DNA of 64,000 bases from Syntrophales bacterium (GTDB lineage Bacteria > Desulfobacterota > Syntrophia > Syntrophales > UBA2210). A program made the translations under genes and the position numbers. Where the stretch lies: the NCBI GenBank assembly GCA_963662405.2, contig CAXXKT010000001.1, forward strand, positions 1,600,001 to 1,664,000, read 5' to 3'. Below are positions 10,362 through 19,512 of this stretch, piece by piece. Position 1 is the first letter of the stretch. Every line of letters starts with the position of its first letter. The notes under the pieces are model-generated. The model saw only the letters and a list, made by a program, of their open reading frames with translations. It was not told the DNA's origin and searched no databases.

Positions 10362-10387
10362 TTTTTCTGAAAAGAGGGATCGTGTTG

Positions 10388-11332
10388 ATGAAAGCATTCG
10401 TTTGTAAAACAGGGGCACTGGTTCTCTTGGTGTCCCTGCTTTTCGCGACCGAGGCGTACTGCGTTTCGTCAAAGACTTACTATCGCCAGGGGAACAGTTT
10501 ATTCATCAAGAAAAAATATGACCGTGCGATAGAAAAATATCGAAAGGCAATTCAAGTAAATTCTCATGTCGCCGATTATCACTACAAGCTGGCTGAAGCA
10601 TACCGACTGAAGGAACTCGAAGATAAAGCCGTTGGGTGTTACAAAGATGCGATCGAGATCGATGCCCGATACTACGCGGCATACGCGGGTCTCGGCGAGA
10701 TATATTTCCAAATGGGACAATGCAAAGAGGCCGTCAGCCATTACAGACAAGCCATAAGGGTCTGTCCCACCGCAAGCAAGGACCACTTTTTCCTTGGCAG
10801 GATATGTGAGATACAAAAAGATACGGACGGTGCCATCAGGGAGTATGAACGTGCCATAAAGATAAACTCGGGCTATTTCGAAGCCCTTTCCAACCTCGCC
10901 ATGCGTTATGCCGATAAGGAGGAGTTCAGGAAGGCCGTGCGTTACTACGTGGAGGCGAGAAAGATACGGCCGTACGATGAAGATATTGTTGTGGGACTGG
11001 GTATAGCGTATACGCGGCTACGCGCTTTCAATGAAGCACAGGACATCTTTAACACGGCTCTTAGGATCAATCTCTTCAATCGTGACACTCGTTTTTACCT
11101 CGGGAAGGCCTATTATGGGATGGGAAACCTTGACCAGGCGATACGGCAAACGGAAAGGGCCCTGGAGATAGAGCCTAATAACCCGGAAACACATTTCACA
11201 TTGGGGCTCTACTATGCTAAAAAAGGCTGGGCCGATTTGGCCGTTGCGGAATATCGTGAGGCCCAGTTATTAGATCCGAATTATATCATGAACGCGGTTC
11301 AGAAGATTGAAGAAAGAACGGAACAACCGTAG
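10388..11332 (+). CDS. exported tetratricopeptide-repeat protein
   Basis: Signal-peptide-like N-terminus; repeated TPR patterns (A..Y..AI...P, LG..Y). Confidence 0.85.
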   Translation: MKAFVCKTGALVLLVSLLFATEAYCVSSKTYYRQGNSLFIKKKYDRAIEKYRKAIQVNSHVADYHYKLAEAYRLKELEDKAVGCYKDAIEIDARYYAAYAGLGEIYFQMGQCKEAVSHYRQAIRVCPTASKDHFFLGRICEIQKDTDGAIREYERAIKINSGYFEALSNLAMRYADKEEFRKAVRYYVEARKIRPYDEDIVVGLGIAYTRLRAFNEAQDIFNTALRINLFNRDTRFYLGKAYYGMGNLDQAIRQTERALEIEPNNPETHFTLGLYYAKKGWADLAVAEYREAQLLDPNYIMNAVQKIEERTEQP

Positions 11333-11352
11333 ATAAAAGAGGGAGATGTTAT

Positions 11353-11943
11353 ATGGACCATAACACAATGAGGGCACGCCTGGCAGAGATGATCGTGGAA
11401 CGAACCTTTCGTTACAGTGATGATCCGCCGTTTACACTTGCCTCTGGAAAACAGAGCAGTTTTTATTTCAATTGCAAACCCACGACACTCGACCCGGAGG
11501 GGATGAACCTGATAGGGAATATCATCTTTGATATGCTTGCGGGTACAGAGGTGACCGCCGTTGGGGGGCTTACTCTGGGAGCCGACCCGATGGCAAATGC
11601 TGTTTCCGTGATATCGTTTCAGAGAAACCGGCCCATCAATGCCTTCATCGTCAGGAAGGATGTGAAGGGGCATGGCACGCGGAGCGCAATCGAGGGGAAT
11701 GTCAAAAAAGGAGATCGAGTTGCCATCCTGGACGATGTAATTACCACGGGGCAATCCACCCTGCTTGCCATTCAAAAGGCTCGGGAAGAGGGACTGATTG
11801 TAGATCATGTGGTTACTCTCATTGATCGCCAGGAAGAGCGGGGAAGGGAGAATATAGAAAAAGAGATTCCGAGGGTCGAGTCTATCTTTACCCGGGCCGA
11901 TATCATGGGTCTCTATGAACGACGAAAGGAAACTCAGGCATGA
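11353..11943 (+). CDS. pyrE: orotate phosphoribosyltransferase
   Basis: FTLASGKQS, GGLTLGADP, VRKDVKGHGT, ILDDVITTG. Confidence 0.93.
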   Translation: MDHNTMRARLAEMIVERTFRYSDDPPFTLASGKQSSFYFNCKPTTLDPEGMNLIGNIIFDMLAGTEVTAVGGLTLGADPMANAVSVISFQRNRPINAFIVRKDVKGHGTRSAIEGNVKKGDRVAILDDVITTGQSTLLAIQKAREEGLIVDHVVTLIDRQEERGRENIEKEIPRVESIFTRADIMGLYERRKETQA

Positions 11944-12644
11944 GGTATCTGAAATGTCTCATGATGTTGTCCTGCCTGATGTTTTTTGTCTTTTTGGATG
12001 TCACTCAAGCTGGGGAAGGCGGTGCCCTGATCGTTGCCGGGTTTGAATCGGGGGAGATGAAAGACGGGGCGCCGGTGGGCTGGGAACTGGTTGAGAAGGG
12101 TGGAACCCCAAACCTTGTCCTTGAGAAACAAGGAACGCATTATGCCCTGCATTTGAAAAGTGACCGGCGTTCCTCCTTCGGAATAAAGAAAGAAATCAAC
12201 CTGAAGGTGGGTGAATATTCCTTCCTGAATTGGGACTGGAGGGCACTCCGTCTTCCGGATGGGGCGGATGTCAGGAATGCCGATACCGATGATCAGGCCA
12301 TCCAGGTCTATGTCGGATTCGAACCAACAGGCTGGCCCGCCAAACTGAATACCCCCGTTATCGGATATATCTGGGATGTTGAATGCCCCAAGGGCAGCAT
12401 GGTTACCAGTTCGCAACTCTTTGCGGGTAAGGTGCGACATATTGTTCTCAGAAACAAAAGCGACACCCTGGGGCAGTGGTACCGTGAGAAGAGAAATCTG
12501 GCGGAAGACTTCCGGAAACTGTTCCCCGATATCGATGGAGGTAAACCGAGAGATATCAATGGGATAGTGGTTTATATTGATTCCCAGGACACGGAAAGCG
12601 AGGCGGAAAGCTCTATCTATAATATTCGTTTCAGCAAAGAATAG
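11940..12644 (+). CDS. exported protein, DUF3047-like
   Basis: Signal peptide; LNWDW, DDQAIQVYV, IGYIW, W..EKRNL..DF and IDSQDT resemble DUF3047. Confidence 0.65.
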   Translation: MRYLKCLMMLSCLMFFVFLDVTQAGEGGALIVAGFESGEMKDGAPVGWELVEKGGTPNLVLEKQGTHYALHLKSDRRSSFGIKKEINLKVGEYSFLNWDWRALRLPDGADVRNADTDDQAIQVYVGFEPTGWPAKLNTPVIGYIWDVECPKGSMVTSSQLFAGKVRHIVLRNKSDTLGQWYREKRNLAEDFRKLFPDIDGGKPRDINGIVVYIDSQDTESEAESSIYNIRFSKE

Positions 12645-12731
12645 ATCATAGCACCAGATCAACCGATCTCCTCTGGAACGGTTGAGGGTGATGCATATAT
12701 TACGTTGGGCAAAAACAGAGGCTGTTCTCCT

Positions 12732-14072
12732 ATGAAAAGAAAAAGCGCGTCGTGGCTCGGTTCAAAAAGCTGGATTTTCCCCCTCATCATCTTTCTTTCC
12801 ATTGGTTTCCTGAACCCTGTCCCGGGGGCCGGACTGGAAACCGTTGATGAAACAGCCTCGTTCATACCGGATTCCCTCGTTGTCCTGACCGGTGCCCCGG
12901 TTATTGTTGTCGATAAGACGATGCAGCGACTCTTCGTCTATCGATTCGACGGCAACTCGTTCCAGCGTTTGTACGAGGCGGCCTGTTCGACCGGTAAAAA
13001 CCAGGGGACGAAGGTTCAATCAGGTGATGCCAGAACACCGGAGGGGATCTACTTTCCCACCCAGTTATTTCAGGATAGTGAGCTGAGCGCTACCTATGGC
13101 CCCCTCGCCTTTGATCTCAGTTATCCGAATGCTCTCGACAGGAAAGAGGGGAAGAACGGCAACAATATATGGCTTCACGGGACCGACAAATCCTTGAAAC
13201 CCTTCCAATCAAATGGCTGCATCGCCCTCGGCAATGGTGATATCACCGCCATTGCCGATTTCATTACCCTCAATGCGACGCCTGTTATTATTCACGACTA
13301 TATCAGGTGGGTCAATCCATCGATACGGATGGCCCAGAAAAAAGATATCATATCATGTATCGATACTTGGTCCCGAGGTGTCTGCAGTGGAGATGTTCAA
13401 CAGATGACCGAACTTTATGGGAAGGATTGTCGGCACGAAGAGGAGAGACACGGTCGATTTGCCGAGCAGATGCTGACATTGAAACGATACGGGGGGCAGG
13501 TGGCCCTGATCCCGGAAGACCTGATGCTGCTGAAACACGATAAGTATGTCGTAGCGCTTTTCCGACAGCAGTTTACGGTAAACGATCATTCCTACGACGC
13601 AGGATTACGGAAGCTGTTTCTGAAGAAACGGCAGAACGATTGGTACATCGCAGGTGACGTGCCGGTAGAGTCCGGGAAGGAACGCCGGTTCATGGCGGTT
13701 CTTGAAAAAATCAATGCCGACAGGGCGTATCGCGATGACGTGCGCAGGCTGATCGATACGTGGGCTACCAGCTGGCAGGAGGGAGATATGGAGAAATACG
13801 CCTCCTTTTATGCCAAGGATTTTCGATCCAGGAAGATGAACCGTAACGCGTGGCTTGCCTATAAGGAACGCCTCTCCCGGCTCAACAGTAACATTCGAAT
13901 CGATATCAAAGACCTCACGATCCGCCACCAGTCGCACCACAGAGCTATCGCGATCTTTGAGCAACACTATCGTTCGTCACGGGTACAAGATGTGGGGATG
14001 AAGACACTGTACCTGAAATATGTTGATAATTCTTGGAAAATATGCCAGGAAGTATGGCGTGTAAAGAGATAG
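12732..14072 (+). CDS. YkuD-family L,D-peptidase with two C-terminal NTF2-like domains (Csd6/Pgp2-like)
   Basis: GDARTPEGIY, YPNALD, IWLHG...SNGCIAL (His/Cys catalytic motif); NTF2-like W..SW...D..KY..FY and FEQHYRS...G.KTLY. Confidence 0.8.
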   Translation: MKRKSASWLGSKSWIFPLIIFLSIGFLNPVPGAGLETVDETASFIPDSLVVLTGAPVIVVDKTMQRLFVYRFDGNSFQRLYEAACSTGKNQGTKVQSGDARTPEGIYFPTQLFQDSELSATYGPLAFDLSYPNALDRKEGKNGNNIWLHGTDKSLKPFQSNGCIALGNGDITAIADFITLNATPVIIHDYIRWVNPSIRMAQKKDIISCIDTWSRGVCSGDVQQMTELYGKDCRHEEERHGRFAEQMLTLKRYGGQVALIPEDLMLLKHDKYVVALFRQQFTVNDHSYDAGLRKLFLKKRQNDWYIAGDVPVESGKERRFMAVLEKINADRAYRDDVRRLIDTWATSWQEGDMEKYASFYAKDFRSRKMNRNAWLAYKERLSRLNSNIRIDIKDLTIRHQSHHRAIAIFEQHYRSSRVQDVGMKTLYLKYVDNSWKICQEVWRVKR

Positions 14073-14088
14073 GAACAGGCTTCCTGCA

Positions 14089-14868
14089 ATGGAAAACAAT
14101 ACAAAAGCAAAAAGCTGGTTTGTCATTGTAATCGGAGAGCGAGAACGTCATGGGCCCTATGAGATTACACGAAAGGCCCTCATCTGCTTGTGTCTTTGCC
14201 TGATGGCGATTCTTGCTGTGACGGTGGTGGGTAGCTCCTGGTTTTGGAGCCGGTCACAGATAGCTACCGGCAACGAACTGAAGGGGGAGCTTGCAGCCGC
14301 CAGGCAGGCCATCGATTTGATCAGTCGTGAAAGGGAGGATTTGTTAGGAGAAAACGGTCAGTTGAAGAAACAGATCGCACGGTCTCTCACAAAGAAGGAT
14401 GATCACGTAAAGGCCTCAAAGAACGAGGATCACGTAACGGTGGTTGTCGATAAGGAAAAGGAAGAGGCCCCCGTCTCCATGAAGAAAGACGCTGTGGTGC
14501 TCTCTCCCGGACCGTTTGTTTCCGTTGAGGACATTCAGATTACACACAACGCCGAAAACAAGAAACTCAAGATCAGATTTGTCATCAGAAAAGAGAGTGA
14601 TGATGAGAACTACATTTCAGGGTATGTATTTATCATTCTTAATCCTGCTCCCGGTTCCTCCGATCCGCGCAAGATTTATCCGACGGTTGAACTTACTGAA
14701 GGATACCCTCAATCATATGACAAAGGGGAGAACTTTTCCATCGCTCGTTTCAAATACATTGAGGGCGCTTTTCATTCGATAGCGGACAGGGGTACATATG
14801 CCTCGTTCTCTGTTCTGGTCTATGGGGATAACGGGACGCTCAGACTGAAAAAAGAGGTGCCGTTATAA
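14089..14868 (+). CDS. bitopic membrane protein: cytoplasmic N-tail, TM, coiled coil, beta-rich C-domain
   Basis: Hydrophobic segment ~aa 28-52, heptad-rich aa 60-100; lies between two peptidoglycan peptidase genes. Confidence 0.7.
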   Translation: MENNTKAKSWFVIVIGERERHGPYEITRKALICLCLCLMAILAVTVVGSSWFWSRSQIATGNELKGELAAARQAIDLISREREDLLGENGQLKKQIARSLTKKDDHVKASKNEDHVTVVVDKEKEEAPVSMKKDAVVLSPGPFVSVEDIQITHNAENKKLKIRFVIRKESDDENYISGYVFIILNPAPGSSDPRKIYPTVELTEGYPQSYDKGENFSIARFKYIEGAFHSIADRGTYASFSVLVYGDNGTLRLKKEVPL

Positions 14869-14885
14869 CGTTCCTCGATGATCCC

Positions 14886-16718
14886 ATGAACATATTGAGC
14901 CATACCACACGGTGGTTTCCCCTCAGATTCAAAACAGTATGTATTACGCTCTGTCTCTGCTTTCTTGCATCCCTGGTGGCAATGACCCCGGTCTGTCACG
15001 GGAAGAACACCATGGAGACCTTTTTTCGGGATACCGACTATGAATTAAACGTTTACCGGATTAACGGAAAACTGCATGGCAAAACACTGCTGATCATAGG
15101 AGGTATCCAAGGGGACGAACCCGGAGGTTTCCTGTCCGCCGATCTGTATGCGGATATGGAACTCGTGCGGGGAAATCTTATCGTGGTTCCGCGGGCAAAC
15201 TTCTATTCCATTATCCTCAACAGACGTCAGGTAAACGAGGATATGAACCGTACATTTTCCGGATCGTCGCGGGAAAACTATGAGACACAGGTGGTTTCCA
15301 TCCTGAAACGGCTGATATCGGAGAGCGATTGTCTCTTGAATCTTCATGACGGATCCGGTTTCTACCGGGATACGTGGCAGGGTGAGATGAAAAACCCGGC
15401 AAGATATGGGCAGTCGATCATTGTCGACTCTGAAAGCTATAGTGATCTGGCCGGACATGAGATCCCTCTCGGCGAGATGGCGCGAAAGGCCATCTCAAAG
15501 ATCAATGAACAGATCGATAATTCCGATCATTTGTTCCACTTCAACAACCACCGGACCAGGGCCCCCGATTCCTCGCATCCGGAGCAGAGAAAGTCGGCGA
15601 CGTACTATGCCCTGTACGAGTGCGGTATACCGGCATTCGGAATCGAAACGAGTAAATCTCTCCCCCTGGAGACCCGAATCTACCATCACAATCTCGCGGT
15701 CAATTCGTTCATGGAAATGTTTGATATTATGCCGGAGATACCGGGGATCGGTCTGGCAGAGCCGCAGATAAGGTATGCCGTGGTAAAGATCAACGACGGT
15801 TCCCCGGTCGTTGTGGCAAACGGAGAAACACTGCACATCTGTTCGCATGACACCATAAAGATCGTTCATCTCGAAGGGAATTACACCCGTGGGCTCAGTG
15901 CCGATATAGAAGGGTGCGGTTCGGTGAACGACATGAATAAACCGTTTGTCTTAGACGCCCCCACGCGTGTTCTCATCAAAAAAGACCACCTGCTCTGTGG
16001 TATCTTTGACATTGCCTTGGGTGAGCGGTCTCCTCCCGGGCGGCTAACCACGGCGAAGCACGTTGTGGTCCTGTTCAAAGTCAAAATCAACGGAAAAGAG
16101 GGGTATTATCCCAACGGTTCTCATGTAGACATTGTCCGGGGCGATCTTCTGGAGTTGGTTGATGTCACCACAAATCCCGAATCACTGGCTGATATTGTCT
16201 GTAACTTCAAGGGATTCGTCGGCAACAGGAAAACCAATACCGGGGAGGACAGAGGGTATATCATAGACACGGCCGCAGACCTCTGGGAGCGTTACTCCCT
16301 GTATAATAAGGGAAGGGCCTATCAGGTCGTTGCCTCTGAAGGTGACGATACGGTCATTGGCCACCTTTTTTTCGACATACATCCCCCCCTCTTTGAATAT
16401 CTCCTTTTGTGCCTCAATGAAACGGATAAGAGATGGTTTTCTCACAACGAACGGATACGGTTGAAACGAACGGATACGATGAAGATCGTGGATGTCAAGA
16501 GTAACCTATCCCCCCAGCGGTTAACGATAGTGATCGAGGGGATGAAACGGTCCCTTCCGATAGATCTGGGGGAAATCGTTACCGGTGAACGGATCGTTTC
16601 CCTCCTTGAGAAAATGGATGCCGAATGCAGTATCCGCATTGGCTGTGATGAAATCCCTCTTGCGCTGTTACCGATAACCATTGTAGATTACCGATCAGCT
16701 TCGACCGGGGGGGGTTGA
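14886..16718 (+). CDS. M14/M99-type D,L-carboxypeptidase (Csd4/Pgp1-like) with C-terminal extensions
   Basis: GGIQGDEPGG (Gln in place of the first Zn-ligand His, as in Helicobacter Csd4), DMNR, LNLHDGSGFY, GQSII, AFGIETSKSLP. Confidence 0.85.
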   Translation: MNILSHTTRWFPLRFKTVCITLCLCFLASLVAMTPVCHGKNTMETFFRDTDYELNVYRINGKLHGKTLLIIGGIQGDEPGGFLSADLYADMELVRGNLIVVPRANFYSIILNRRQVNEDMNRTFSGSSRENYETQVVSILKRLISESDCLLNLHDGSGFYRDTWQGEMKNPARYGQSIIVDSESYSDLAGHEIPLGEMARKAISKINEQIDNSDHLFHFNNHRTRAPDSSHPEQRKSATYYALYECGIPAFGIETSKSLPLETRIYHHNLAVNSFMEMFDIMPEIPGIGLAEPQIRYAVVKINDGSPVVVANGETLHICSHDTIKIVHLEGNYTRGLSADIEGCGSVNDMNKPFVLDAPTRVLIKKDHLLCGIFDIALGERSPPGRLTTAKHVVVLFKVKINGKEGYYPNGSHVDIVRGDLLELVDVTTNPESLADIVCNFKGFVGNRKTNTGEDRGYIIDTAADLWERYSLYNKGRAYQVVASEGDDTVIGHLFFDIHPPLFEYLLLCLNETDKRWFSHNERIRLKRTDTMKIVDVKSNLSPQRLTIVIEGMKRSLPIDLGEIVTGERIVSLLEKMDAECSIRIGCDEIPLALLPITIVDYRSASTGGG

Positions 16719-16743
16719 AGAGAAGCAATTAAGGAGAACAGAT

Positions 16744-17097
16744 GTGAAAGAAAAGGATGTTTCCATTATCAATAAAGGGTGCACGCTCAAGGGGTCGCTG
16801 GATTTTAAGGGATATCTCATGATAGCAGGCACGGTGGAAGGTATCCTTCATGCCGAGTCTGTCATTACGGAAGAGGGGAGCGTCGTCAAAGCGGATATCA
16901 CATCGGAAAATCTGACCGTTGCCGGCGCCTTCGAAGGGAACATCATGGTGACCGGACTGTTGACCCTCCTCGGTACTTCTCATGTCCGGGCAGAGATACG
17001 GTGCGGCAGGCTGGTGATGGAAGAAGGGAGTATCCTAAACGGGAAAATCCTGCCTCCCTCAAGCGCAGACCCCACCTTTGGCCAAGCCACACTCTAG
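16744..17097 (+). CDS. bactofilin (polymer-forming cytoskeletal protein, CcmA family)
   Basis: SIINKGCTLKGSL...IAGTVEG...AGAFEGNI...LVMEEGSILNG beta-helix pattern; GTG start after AAGGAG. Confidence 0.9.
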   Translation: MKEKDVSIINKGCTLKGSLDFKGYLMIAGTVEGILHAESVITEEGSVVKADITSENLTVAGAFEGNIMVTGLLTLLGTSHVRAEIRCGRLVMEEGSILNGKILPPSSADPTFGQATL

Positions 17098-17150
17098 CGA
17101 TTACCAATGAAGTGCCTTTCCCTCGGTTTCAGAACGTCTTGACTTTTCGG

Positions 17151-17864
17151 TTATGGGGAAGCGGTGGCGGGCAGTCTTTGATGCTCGTGGAGCAGCCTGA
17201 TTTCTCCCGCCGCCAGGTGTGCCCTCCGTGTCGGTTCGGGCAGCCGGTATCCCCTACAACTTGCCAAGGTTACCGCTATGGCCTTCTCGCAACCGATCTT
17301 GTGTCCCGGTGAGATAAAAACGGGTTTCACGTTCTTCTTTGTCCGCAGAACGGCCCCCGTGATCTTTGCCTTGAAGAACAGGGGAGAATAATCGCCCACG
17401 TCGTTTCCCGGTTCATCGTACGATCCCACCAGTCGTGTCTTCCCGCACCCTATGGAGGGTGCGTCAAGGAAGAGCCCCATGTGTGATGCGAGACCCATCC
17501 CTCTCGGATGGGCGATTCCCTGCCCGTCGAAAATGATGATATCGGGCGAAGATGTAAGCTTCCGGAAGGCCTCCAACAGGATAGGACCTTCTCTAAAGGT
17601 AAGCAATCCCGGGATATAGGGAAAATCCGCAACGCCACTGGAGGATGCCTGTTCGATAATCTCCATGGTTTCAAAATCGAAAAGGACGACGGCGGCAAAA
17701 AAGGTGTTGGTGCTCTTGGCATACGATATATCGGCGCCGGCTATGGTTTGTATCGTGAGGGGGAGATCTTTGCTACGGAGGATAAGCCGTTCCCTGAGAC
17801 GGAGCTGTATCTCACGAGCTTTTTCATAGCTGAGGTCCCAGTCATGCAGGTGGTTTATCTTCAT
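17151..17864 (-). CDS. nfi: endonuclease V
   Basis: AGADISY, FPYIPGLLTFRE, DGQGIAHPRGMGLASH, YRLPEPTR. Confidence 0.95.
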   Translation of the reverse strand: MKINHLHDWDLSYEKAREIQLRLRERLILRSKDLPLTIQTIAGADISYAKSTNTFFAAVVLFDFETMEIIEQASSSGVADFPYIPGLLTFREGPILLEAFRKLTSSPDIIIFDGQGIAHPRGMGLASHMGLFLDAPSIGCGKTRLVGSYDEPGNDVGDYSPLFFKAKITGAVLRTKKNVKPVFISPGHKIGCEKAIAVTLASCRGYRLPEPTRRAHLAAGEIRLLHEHQRLPATASP

Positions 17865-17881
17865 CTTGTGATTCGATGGTT

Positions 17882-18820
17882 CTAGGGTGTGCTATTGCTT
17901 GACAGGACAGCTTTGGCCTTTTCGATATCCCTTTGTATCTGCCGTGTCAGTTCCTCGGGTCCTTTAAACTTTCGCTCGTCCCGCAGCCGGTCTATGAAGA
18001 AGAGGGTGATGTTTTTATCGTATATGTCACCCTCAAAATCGAGAAGATGGACCTCCGCCGAGGTTTCTTCGTTGCCAAACGTGGGGTTATTCCCTATATT
18101 GATCACCCCCCGGTACCTGATGCCTTCGAGCTCGGCAAAAACAGCATAAACACCTGCCGCGGGGATGACCTTTTCAGATTTTATGTTCGCCGTTGGGTAC
18201 CCCACTATATCGGTGCCTCGGCGATATCCCTTGACAATGGTACCGCTGACGCTGTAAGGCCTCCCCAGCATCTCCGATGCCAGGCTGACATTTCCCGCAA
18301 GGATCGAAAGGCGAATATTGGTGCTGCTGGCAATCATCCCGTCTGTCCTGACAACGCCGATTTCCTCAACCGCAAACCCGAATTTTTCGGCTGATTTTCT
18401 GAGAAATGCTGCGTTTCCACCCTTCCCCTTCCCAAAGACATAATCATATCCGATAAACAGTTTGCTCAGGTGCAATTTCTCCCACAATATATCCTCCACG
18501 AACCTGTCGGCTATGATATCGGCAAATACGGGAGAGAAGGTAAGCAGAATAACCGCATCAACCCCGCATGATGCGATGAGGTCGAGTTTTTCCTGCAAGG
18601 GGGTCAAGAGAAAGAAAGGTCTCCTCTCCGGGTGTATGATCTTCTGGGGGTGGGGATCAAAAGTGATCACCACGGCCTTTGTATTTTGCCCCTGGGCCTC
18701 AGCGACGATTTTTCGAAAAATCTCCCTATGGCCCAGGTGTACGCCATCGAAGTTGCCTATCGTTACGATGGCACCTGTCAGATCTTCGAGGGGGGTATCA
18801 GGATCTCTTATAATATTCAT
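17882..18820 (-). CDS. ribF: bifunctional riboflavin kinase / FAD synthetase
   Basis: IGNFDGVHLGH, TFDPHP, SSTNIR, GYPTAN, EVHLLDF, LRDERKF. Confidence 0.95.
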   Translation of the reverse strand: MNIIRDPDTPLEDLTGAIVTIGNFDGVHLGHREIFRKIVAEAQGQNTKAVVITFDPHPQKIIHPERRPFFLLTPLQEKLDLIASCGVDAVILLTFSPVFADIIADRFVEDILWEKLHLSKLFIGYDYVFGKGKGGNAAFLRKSAEKFGFAVEEIGVVRTDGMIASSTNIRLSILAGNVSLASEMLGRPYSVSGTIVKGYRRGTDIVGYPTANIKSEKVIPAAGVYAVFAELEGIRYRGVINIGNNPTFGNEETSAEVHLLDFEGDIYDKNITLFFIDRLRDERKFKGPEELTRQIQRDIEKAKAVLSSNSTP

Positions 18821-18908
18821 AACGCGTCCCGTCGGATTTGAGGAATAATCGCTCAATTATAAAAAAGCAGCATAGCATGTATGGAGTTATTTTCAAGGGG
18901 AATTTCTC

Positions 18909-18937
18909 TTGACAATCTCCGGGTCCATCAGTATAAG
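18909..18937 (+). promoter_or_regulatory. sigma70 promoter of tRNA-Leu
   Basis: TTGACA, 17 bp, TATAAG. Confidence 0.7.
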
Positions 18938-18957
18938 CGTTCGTAAGATTTTCTTGT

Positions 18958-19044
18958 GCCGAAGTGGCGGAATTGGTAGACGCGCTAGGTTCAGGGTCTA
19001 GTGGGCGTACGCCTGTCCGGGTTCAAATCCCGGCTTCGGCACCA
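18958..19044 (+). tRNA. tRNA-Leu(CAG)
   Basis: GCCGAAG/CTTCGGC acceptor stem plus ACCA; anticodon arm CTAGG-TTCAGGG-TCTAG; long variable arm; GTTCAAATCC T-loop. Confidence 0.96.
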
Positions 19045-19046
19045 TT
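19004..19046 (+). repeat. 43-bp direct repeat, copy 1 (attL-like, 3' half of tRNA-Leu)
   Basis: GGCGTACGCCTGTCCGGGTTCAAATCCCGGCTTCGGCACCATT is identical at 33044-33086. Confidence 0.95.
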
Positions 19047-19055
19047 TGAACGTAA

Positions 19056-19093
19056 GAGGGCGCAATCTGTAGGGGTTGCGCCCCTTTTGTTTT
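19056..19093 (+). terminator. intrinsic terminator after tRNA-Leu
   Basis: GGGCGCAA...TTGCGCCC hairpin followed by TTTTGTTTT. Confidence 0.7.
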
Positions 19094-19211
19094 GACAGGG
19101 TGCGGATGAGTGCACATCCAAATAGTTTACCGCATTCCTGCTCTGGCTTGGTATCCACCTTGGTCTTTATTGCTCCAGAATACTTCCTTATTATAGGAGC
19201 GCTTTGTTTCG

Positions 19212-19472
19212 GTATTGACTATACCAATCAATGGTATCCTTCCTGAGGGCCAAGACCTCTCCGAATTTCATTCCCGTGTGTAGCGCGCAAAGGAAAACTA
19301 GCTTTTAACGTGTTGTTGGCGAGAGGGTTGATGCCCCCCCCCCCCCCCATGTCATGGGTCCAACGGGAGCCCTTTCTTTCTTCAGGTACAGCATTTTCGT
19401 AATACTTGGTGCCGGGTTTACAGTGATGATCTCTTTATCAAGGGCATATTACGAAGGTTCGTTTATGCAGAC
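19212..19472 (-). pseudogene. tyrosine recombinase (integrase) remnant
   Basis: Minus-strand fragments YALDKEIITVNPAPSITKMLYLKKERAPVGPMT (19448-19350) and FLCALHTGMKFGEVLALRKDTIDW (19295-19224), matching box I (TGMRxGELLALxWxDIDW) with the catalytic R as K; interrupted by stops and a C15 run. Confidence 0.75.
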
Positions 19473-19512
19473 GTGATTAATGATGATCATACTGTTGTTC
19501 AATAGTACCTAT

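Noticed and set aside
19334..19348. C15 homopolymer as a phase-variation switch
   Set aside because: It lies inside an already fragmented integrase remnant, and its length may be unreliable.
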